From contig JBHIAV010000064.1 of assembly GCA_046758745.1 (NCBI GenBank), positions 1 through 12,942 on the forward strand: a stretch of DNA of 12,942 nucleotides, given 5' to 3'. Within the stretch, counting starts at the first letter, position 1. Every line of letters begins with the position of its first letter. The notes beneath the pieces were generated by a model. The model had not been told where the DNA came from. It saw only the letters and a program-made list of their open reading frames with translations, and ran no database searches. The position numbers were made by a program, and so were the translations under genes. Shown here in pieces: positions 7,491-12,942 of the stretch. The DNA is from Gemmatimonadota bacterium (GTDB lineage Bacteria; Gemmatimonadota; Gemmatimonadetes; Palauibacterales; Palauibacteraceae).

Positions 7491-8041
7491 GCAAAATCGG
7501 CGACGAGGACTGGTTCCACTCGGAGCGCCTCCTTCTGCGCCTCGTCACACCGGAGGACTGCGGGGAGCGCTACCTCTCGTGGCTGTGTGACGAGCGTGTG
7601 AACCGCTACCTCGAGACGCGGTGGAGCGAGCAGACCATTGAATCGATCGGGGAGTTCGTCGCTGAGATGAGGGCTTCGGAGGAGAATCACCTCTTCGCCA
7701 TCGTCAAGCGCGACGCCCGAGAGCACATCGGGAACATAAAGCTCGGACCCGTCAACGCGAATCACGGCTACGCGGACATCAGCTACTTCATCGGCGATCC
7801 CCGGATGTGGGGGAAGGGATACGCTACGGAGGCCATCCGGACGGCCACGGTGATCGGGTTCGACGTGCTCGGGCTGCACCGCCTGCAGGCGGGGGTCTAC
7901 AAAACCAACGTCGGGAGCACCCGCGCCCTCGAGAAAGTCGGCTACCGGCTGGAAGGCCGCTTTCGGAAGCAGCTACGGGCGGAGGACGGCTGGCAGGACC
8001 ACCTCTGGTACGGACTTCTGCGGGAGGAGTTCAAGGGTTGA
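7487..8041 (+). CDS. GNAT family N-acyltransferase (RimJ/RimL type), 184 aa
   Basis: SERLLLR, YLSWL, HIGNIKLG, ISYFIGD, WGKGYATEAI (acyl-CoA-binding motif A), LHRLQAGV, NVGSTRALEKVGYRLEG. ATGA overlap with the upstream gene. Confidence 0.9.
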   Translation: MSKIGDEDWFHSERLLLRLVTPEDCGERYLSWLCDERVNRYLETRWSEQTIESIGEFVAEMRASEENHLFAIVKRDAREHIGNIKLGPVNANHGYADISYFIGDPRMWGKGYATEAIRTATVIGFDVLGLHRLQAGVYKTNVGSTRALEKVGYRLEGRFRKQLRAEDGWQDHLWYGLLREEFKG

Positions 8042-9396
8042 GCGGACGGGAGATGATCGAGCTCGTGGCCCGGCTGTCGAAGCTGCGGTTGGGGCCGAAC
8101 AGCGCGGGGGCCGACCGCTGCGCGGAGATGCTGTGCGAGGAGCTTCCCTTCACCGTTCACGAGTTCGAGGCCGGAAACGAGTGCAACGGATGGATCGTTC
8201 CGTGGAAGTGGGACGTGGATGAGGCGAAGATCTACGATGCCTCCGGGAGCCTCATCTACGACGGGATGCATCATCCGCTGGCGGTCATCGGATACAGCCG
8301 GCCGTTCACGGGAAGGGTGTCGGCGGAAGAGCTGCGGAAGCACCTCTTCTACACAGACGTGTTCGATGACGCGCTGGTCTATCACTGCGACCTGTACTAC
8401 AAGCCGTCCAGAAAGGAATGGGGATTCAGCGTTTCGAAGCGCTTCTACGATTCCCTTTCCGACGGGGAGTACCGGGTCGATCTCCGCACCCGATTCGAGC
8501 CCGGAACGATGAAGGTGCTGGAGTACACGCTTCCAGGCTCGACCAATGATCTGGTCGTCCTCAACGCCCACAACTGTCACCCGTTCTGCTCCAATGACGA
8601 CCTGTCCGGCATCGCGGTCGGTATCGAGGTCGTCCGGCGTCTGGAGTCCTGGAGCGGCCGGCGGTTCTCGTATCGTCTCCTCATCGCCCCGGAACACCTC
8701 GGAACGGTGTTCTACCTGAACCGACTGGACCCCGACGAGGTGAAACGGCTGAGATGGGGAATCTTTCTTGAATCGCTCGGAACCGACGGGCCCCTGGCGT
8801 TCCAACGCAGCTTCACGGGAGTGAGCTTGATCGACCGTGCGCTCGGCAACGTGCTCCGGCACGGCTGCACCGAATGGCGCACAGAGCCGTTCCGGAAGGT
8901 CGTGGGCAACGATGAAACGTGCTGGGAAGCCGTGGGATACGAAGTCCCATTTCCCTCCCTGAGTCGGATGCCGTATCCGGAGTATCACACGAGCCGTGAT
9001 GGTCCGGACATACTGGAGGCGTCAAGCTTCGAGGAGGCGGTCCGGGTGGTTCTCGACGCCTTCCAGGTTCTCGAGCGCGACGGGGTGATGACCCCGAAGT
9101 TTCGCGGGCTGGTGGCGCTCAGCCACCCGTGCTTCGACCTGTACAAGCCATTCTGGGATCCGTCCGAGCCGGAACGGCACGAGATCGACGACATAGCCCG
9201 GCGGTGGAACTACCTCATGGACTGCCTGCCGCGTTACTTCGATGGTTCGATCCGCATCCTCGAGATCGCCGAGCGCCACGAGCTGCCCTTCCGCTCCGTC
9301 GCGGATTACGTGGAGGAGTTCCGAGAGAAGGGGCTGATCGAAGTGACCGCTGCCCCGGCCCGCGACCCTCCGGTTCGTGCGCTTCCTCCCTTCTGA
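8038..9396 (+). CDS. DUF4910 family protein (M28 aminopeptidase-like Zn-hydrolase fold with C-terminal winged helix), about 450 aa
   Basis: NGWIVPWKW, HPLAVIGYS, EELRKHL, YYKP...WGF, AHNCHPFCSNDDLSG, SYRLLIAPEHLG, GNDE, YPEYHTSRD, and a C-terminal ILEIAERHELPF...EKGLI helix-turn-helix. Start is TTG 8038 (TTGA overlap with the GNAT stop, GGAGGAG at 8023-8029) or ATG 8053. The track start of 7807 lies inside the GNAT gene. Confidence 0.8.
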   Translation: MSGREMIELVARLSKLRLGPNSAGADRCAEMLCEELPFTVHEFEAGNECNGWIVPWKWDVDEAKIYDASGSLIYDGMHHPLAVIGYSRPFTGRVSAEELRKHLFYTDVFDDALVYHCDLYYKPSRKEWGFSVSKRFYDSLSDGEYRVDLRTRFEPGTMKVLEYTLPGSTNDLVVLNAHNCHPFCSNDDLSGIAVGIEVVRRLESWSGRRFSYRLLIAPEHLGTVFYLNRLDPDEVKRLRWGIFLESLGTDGPLAFQRSFTGVSLIDRALGNVLRHGCTEWRTEPFRKVVGNDETCWEAVGYEVPFPSLSRMPYPEYHTSRDGPDILEASSFEEAVRVVLDAFQVLERDGVMTPKFRGLVALSHPCFDLYKPFWDPSEPERHEIDDIARRWNYLMDCLPRYFDGSIRILEIAERHELPFRSVADYVEEFREKGLIEVTAAPARDPPVRALPPF

Positions 9397-9443
9397 TCGA
9401 TCGAGCATCGGCCGGAGCCAAGAGCGTCGTTGACGGAACGCCG

Positions 9444-10862
9444 ATGAGGGCGCTCACGGTCGTCAATCCGCCCCGGCTCCAGGTCCTGGGCCCGGCTCTG
9501 GACGTTCTCGTGCAGCGCGGATTCATTGCCGGCTGGACCGCCTTCTCGATCACGGAGCGAGACTCGTACGCAGGCCTTCCGGAGCATTGTCGACCCTATC
9601 TGACTCGCGTGCGTTTCCCGCGAGAGGACCATCGACTACGGAGTAGAGCGGAGGCCGATCGATGTTTGCGCGACCTGGCCCTCCGGTATCCCAGGCTCGA
9701 CTTCGGGCGAGTGCTCGCGACCGAGAAATACATCGCGAAGTACTTCCCCGATGGACTCATCGATATCGCCAACCTGTTCATGAACCTCGAGGAGGCCATC
9801 ACCGGAGATCCGGAGATGGGCGTCTTGCTGGGTGACCTGCCGGCGTCGCTCCTCGACATGGCGGCGTACCAGATCTGCAAATCGTGCGGTATGGCTACGG
9901 TCTTTCTCATGACTTCTCGGTTTTCCGAGCCACGCCTGGTGATCTTCAACCAGCCTGAAGTTGGATACTCCGCCGTCCTGGAATCCGCCCGGAGCAGGCT
10001 CGCCTGGGGCCCTCTTCCCGCCGAGCTCGAGGAACGGGCGCGTCGCTATGTGCGTGCGGTGGCCGCGGGGAATGCGAAGCCTCCGTACGTGGAGAGCATG
10101 GCGGCCAAGCAGCGTGGAGCGGGCGTCGTGAGGAAGCTCGCTCGTGGAAGCAGACTTCTCCTGAGACCCGGGGAGTTTGTCCAACTCCTCCGCGCGTCGT
10201 GGGAGAACTTCGCCCTCCGAAGGGACTGGAATTCGATCTTTTCGCGCCTGGATGAGGTGGACGAATTCGTATTTTTTCCGGTGCAGTACGAGCCCGAGGC
10301 ATCGACTTACTTGATGACTCCTTTCTGGAAGGACCAGTACCACGCTTTGGAAGCACTGTGCTACAGCGTGCCTCCGGGTTACACGGTGTACGTCAAAGAG
10401 CACCCGCTCCACCTCCGGCAGCGGAGGATCTGCGCATCGACGTTGCGGGACTACCTCGGGAAGCTGCCGAACCTGAGATTCGCCGATCCCCGGGAGGATT
10501 CGCACCGAATCATCCGACGGTCTCGGGCCGTCGTCGTCCTTTCCAGCACCGCCGGCTGGGAGGCGCTCCTCTGCGGGAAGCCGGTCTTCCAGCTCGGACA
10601 CTGCGAGTACAGCCGCTTCGGGGGCGTATACCCTGTGGAGTCGTTCGACGAGCTGTCGCGAATCATGGCCGACGCGATCGCTCATCACGAGGTGTCGGAA
10701 GAGCCGATCGTCCGCACGGTGGCGACAATGTACGAGGGAACGGCGCCCGGCTTGCTCGACGATCCAAAGTGGGCGGCGAAGGTCACCGCACGGGAGAACA
10801 TCGAGAATGTCGCCCGCGCATTCGAGCTCGGATACGATGCCGACGTGGGGCCCGCGGCATGA
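9444..10862 (+). CDS. KpsS/LipB-like (Capsule_synth) protein, probable CMP-ulosonic-acid glycosyltransferase, 472 aa
   Basis: C-terminal motifs FVFFPVQYEPEAST, VYVKEHP, IIRRSRAVVVLSSTAGWEALLCGKPVFQLG and Y. Start placed at ATG 9444, the first ATG after the upstream stop. Confidence 0.72.
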   Translation: MRALTVVNPPRLQVLGPALDVLVQRGFIAGWTAFSITERDSYAGLPEHCRPYLTRVRFPREDHRLRSRAEADRCLRDLALRYPRLDFGRVLATEKYIAKYFPDGLIDIANLFMNLEEAITGDPEMGVLLGDLPASLLDMAAYQICKSCGMATVFLMTSRFSEPRLVIFNQPEVGYSAVLESARSRLAWGPLPAELEERARRYVRAVAAGNAKPPYVESMAAKQRGAGVVRKLARGSRLLLRPGEFVQLLRASWENFALRRDWNSIFSRLDEVDEFVFFPVQYEPEASTYLMTPFWKDQYHALEALCYSVPPGYTVYVKEHPLHLRQRRICASTLRDYLGKLPNLRFADPREDSHRIIRRSRAVVVLSSTAGWEALLCGKPVFQLGHCEYSRFGGVYPVESFDELSRIMADAIAHHEVSEEPIVRTVATMYEGTAPGLLDDPKWAAKVTARENIENVARAFELGYDADVGPAA

Positions 10863-12942
10863 GGGGTACAGGCCCCGAGGACGATGGCAGCCGGGTGGTC
10901 GCGATCGTCCAGGCGCGGTGCTCCTCGAGGCGGCTTCCCGGCAAGGTCCTCGCCGATGTCGCGGGCAGGCCCATGATCGGACGGTTGCTCGATCAGCTGT
11001 CGGGGGTGCCGGGTGTGGATGAGGTCGTGGTCGCGACATCGAACGATCCCTCCGACGACCCCCTCGTCGCCTACCTTGGCTCGAGGGAGGTTCGCGTCGT
11101 CCGCGGTCCCGTCGAGGATGTGCTGGGGCGGTTCGAGGAAGCGGTGCGGAGCCGCCGTGCCGATGTCATCGTGCGGCTCACGGGGGATTGCCCACTCCAC
11201 TCCCCCGACACCGTTCGGGAGGTCCTCAACGCGTTCCTCACCGCCGGCGTGGACTATGCCTGCAACACCGATCCCTACACGCGTCCGGACGGGCAGGACG
11301 TTGAGGTGTTCACGCGGGAGGCCCTGGAGCGCGCGCACAGCGAGACACGCCACCCGGCCGACCGCGAGCACGTCACGCCGTACCTTCGTCGAGCGGAAGG
11401 GATCCGGCGCCTGTCGGTCCGTCACCGCGACGGATCGTCGGGCAAGGGGCTCCGCTGGACGGTGGACACCCCGGACGATCTGACCTACGCGCGGTCCGTC
11501 TGGGAGCGTCTGGATCGAGTGGGACCGGGTCCTCACGACTACCCAACGATCTTGAACACGGCGAAGTCGGTGCCGCGGTCTGGGACGGATTTCGTCCCCA
11601 ACGAAGGATACTATCGGTCCCTCTTCGCTGGTGCCCCGAGCGAGCCCGCAGCGCCCCTGCAGTTGACGAAGAGCGAGGAGTGGCTCACCCGCAGCGAGAA
11701 GGTCGTTCCCGGCGGCGCGCAGACGTATTCGAAGAGCTGGCGACAGCACATCCGAGGGGTGTCACCGGTCTTCCTCGAGCGTGGCGACGGCGCGCGAGTC
11801 TGGGATGTAGACGGGAACGAATACGTCGACCTCATCCAGGGACTTCTGCCTAATATCCTTGGCTATGCCCATCCGGACGTCGACCGGGCCGCACACGACC
11901 AGGCCCGACGCGGCCACAGCTTCTCTCTGCCACACCCGGTTGAGGTCGAACTTGCGGAGCGGCTCGTGCGGTTGATCCCGTGCGCGGAGATGGTCCGCTT
12001 CGGGAAGAACGGATCGGACGCGACGACCGCCGCCGTGAGGGTCGCCCGAGCGTTCACCGGCCGGGAGCGGATCGCGGTCTGCGGGTACCACGGTTGGCAC
12101 GACTGGTATATCGGCACGACCTCGCGCTCGCTCGGGGTTCCGCGTTCGGTCGCTGCGCTCACCCACCCGTTTCCCTACGACGACCTCGAAACACTGGACC
12201 GGCTTCTCGCGAGCCACGCAGGCGAGTTCGCCGCCGTGATCATGGAGCCGGTGAACTTCGCTTGGCCGAGCGATGGATACCTGGAAGGGGTGAAGGAAGT
12301 CGTACACTCGCATGGCGCCTTACTCATCTTCGACGAGATCTGCACCGGCTTCCGTCTGGGTCCGGGGGGGGCGCAGGAGCTCTTCGGCGTGACGCCGGAT
12401 CTGGCGGCTTTCGGCAAGGCGATGGGAAACGGGTACCCGATCAGCTGCCTCGCGGGCCGGCGCGACGTGATGCGCATCCTCGACGAGGTATTCGTGAGCT
12501 TCACCTTCGCAGGGAACGCATCTGCGATGGCGGCCTCGCTCACGGTGCTCGACATCCTGGAGCATACGGACGCCCTGGATCGCATGCGCCACGCGGGCCA
12601 GCGGCTCGCCGACGGGACACGGATGCTCGCGGCCGAGGCAGGCCTCGAGGGAAGGTTTCGGGTGGACGGAAGGCCGGAGTGGTGCCTGCTCCGCTTCCTC
12701 GACGCCGACGGAGCGGACGACCCTTTGCTCAGAGCGGTTTGGACCCAGGAGGTGACGCGGCGCGGCGTACTGATCCTCGCGACCCACAACGTGAGCGCAG
12801 CACACGACACCCGTGCGGTGGAGGCTGTCCTGCGCGCGTACGCCGCCGGATTCAAACGGATCTCACATCTCGTCGGGTCGCGCGACGAGCTCCGGTCCGC
12901 ACTGGACGGCCCGATCCCCACCGCAGCGTTCCGGGCTCGGGG
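10859..12942 (+). CDS. Fusion of SpsF-type cytidylyltransferase (about 10859-11625) and class III PLP aminotransferase, glutamate-1-semialdehyde-aminomutase-like (about 11660 to end); 3'-partial, at least 694 aa
   Basis: Manual translation from ATG 10859 (ATGA overlap) shows no stop to the window end. N-domain: VVAIVQARCSSRRLPGKVL, VVVATS, DVLGRF, IVRLTGDCP, GQDVEVF, REHVTPY, LRWTVDTPDDL, NEGY. C-domain: VPGGAQTYSKS, VWDVDGNEYVD, ILGYAHP, MVRFGKNGSDAT, CGYHGWHDW, VIMEP, LIFDEICTGFR, PDLAAFGKAMGNGYP (PLP Lys at 12416), SFTFAG. Confidence 0.9.
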   Translation, partial: MRGTGPEDDGSRVVAIVQARCSSRRLPGKVLADVAGRPMIGRLLDQLSGVPGVDEVVVATSNDPSDDPLVAYLGSREVRVVRGPVEDVLGRFEEAVRSRRADVIVRLTGDCPLHSPDTVREVLNAFLTAGVDYACNTDPYTRPDGQDVEVFTREALERAHSETRHPADREHVTPYLRRAEGIRRLSVRHRDGSSGKGLRWTVDTPDDLTYARSVWERLDRVGPGPHDYPTILNTAKSVPRSGTDFVPNEGYYRSLFAGAPSEPAAPLQLTKSEEWLTRSEKVVPGGAQTYSKSWRQHIRGVSPVFLERGDGARVWDVDGNEYVDLIQGLLPNILGYAHPDVDRAAHDQARRGHSFSLPHPVEVELAERLVRLIPCAEMVRFGKNGSDATTAAVRVARAFTGRERIAVCGYHGWHDWYIGTTSRSLGVPRSVAALTHPFPYDDLETLDRLLASHAGEFAAVIMEPVNFAWPSDGYLEGVKEVVHSHGALLIFDEICTGFRLGPGGAQELFGVTPDLAAFGKAMGNGYPISCLAGRRDVMRILDEVFVSFTFAGNASAMAASLTVLDILEHTDALDRMRHAGQRLADGTRMLAAEAGLEGRFRVDGRPEWCLLRFLDADGADDPLLRAVWTQEVTRRGVLILATHNVSAAHDTRAVEAVLRAYAAGFKRISHLVGSRDELRSALDGPIPTAAFRAR

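Noticed and set aside
7807-8037. Long N-terminal extensions given by the ORF track (7807 for DUF4910; likewise 2535 for the AKR and 9129 for the KpsS-like gene)
   Set aside because: They overlap upstream genes by 150-270 nt and look non-protein-like. Starts near the upstream stop codons fit the family N-termini better.
272-12921. Many long minus-strand and alternative-frame ORFs (e.g. 9636-11039, 10685-11749, 7942-8988, 6306-7340, 3189-4082)
   Set aside because: They fully overlap well-supported + strand genes, show no recognisable motifs and are often Arg/Pro/Ala-rich. They are expected shadow ORFs in high-GC coding DNA.
11660-12942. hemL (tetrapyrrole synthesis)
   Set aside because: The domain is fused to a cytidylyltransferase in a glycan locus. 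It has PGGAQTYSK and GKNGSDAT rather than the HemL-type PGGVNSPVR and NSGTEA motifs.
1-12942. Intrinsic terminators, promoters, tRNA/rRNA, IS elements, CRISPR arrays
   Set aside because: No hairpin followed by a U-tract, no convincing -35/-10 pair in the short gaps, no transposase or integrase ORF and no regularly spaced repeats were seen.

Overview
GC-rich bacterial DNA carrying twelve co-oriented (+ strand), tightly packed genes from the interior of a surface-glycan locus for a pseudaminic-acid-type nonulosonate (NulO). Order: pseG (5'-truncated by the window), sugar N-formyltransferase, pseI, aldo/keto reductase, PP-loop N-acetyl-sugar amidotransferase, HisH-like glutaminase, HisF-like protein lacking the catalytic Asp11, a formyltransferase-fold protein with altered catalytic residues, RimJ/RimL-type GNAT, DUF4910/M28-like hydrolase, KpsS/LipB-like glycosyltransferase, and an SpsF-type cytidylyltransferase fused to a class III PLP aminotransferase. 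The fusion gene runs off the 3' end and is missing from the supplied ORF track. Most gene families are individually known. What stands out is the density of tailoring enzymes around one NulO core: N-formylation, acetamidino formation, possible oxidation plus transamination, and possible de-/re-acylation. This suggests a heavily modified, possibly undescribed nonulosonic acid. No RNA genes, mobile elements or CRISPR arrays were seen. All calls come from motifs read by eye; no searches were run.
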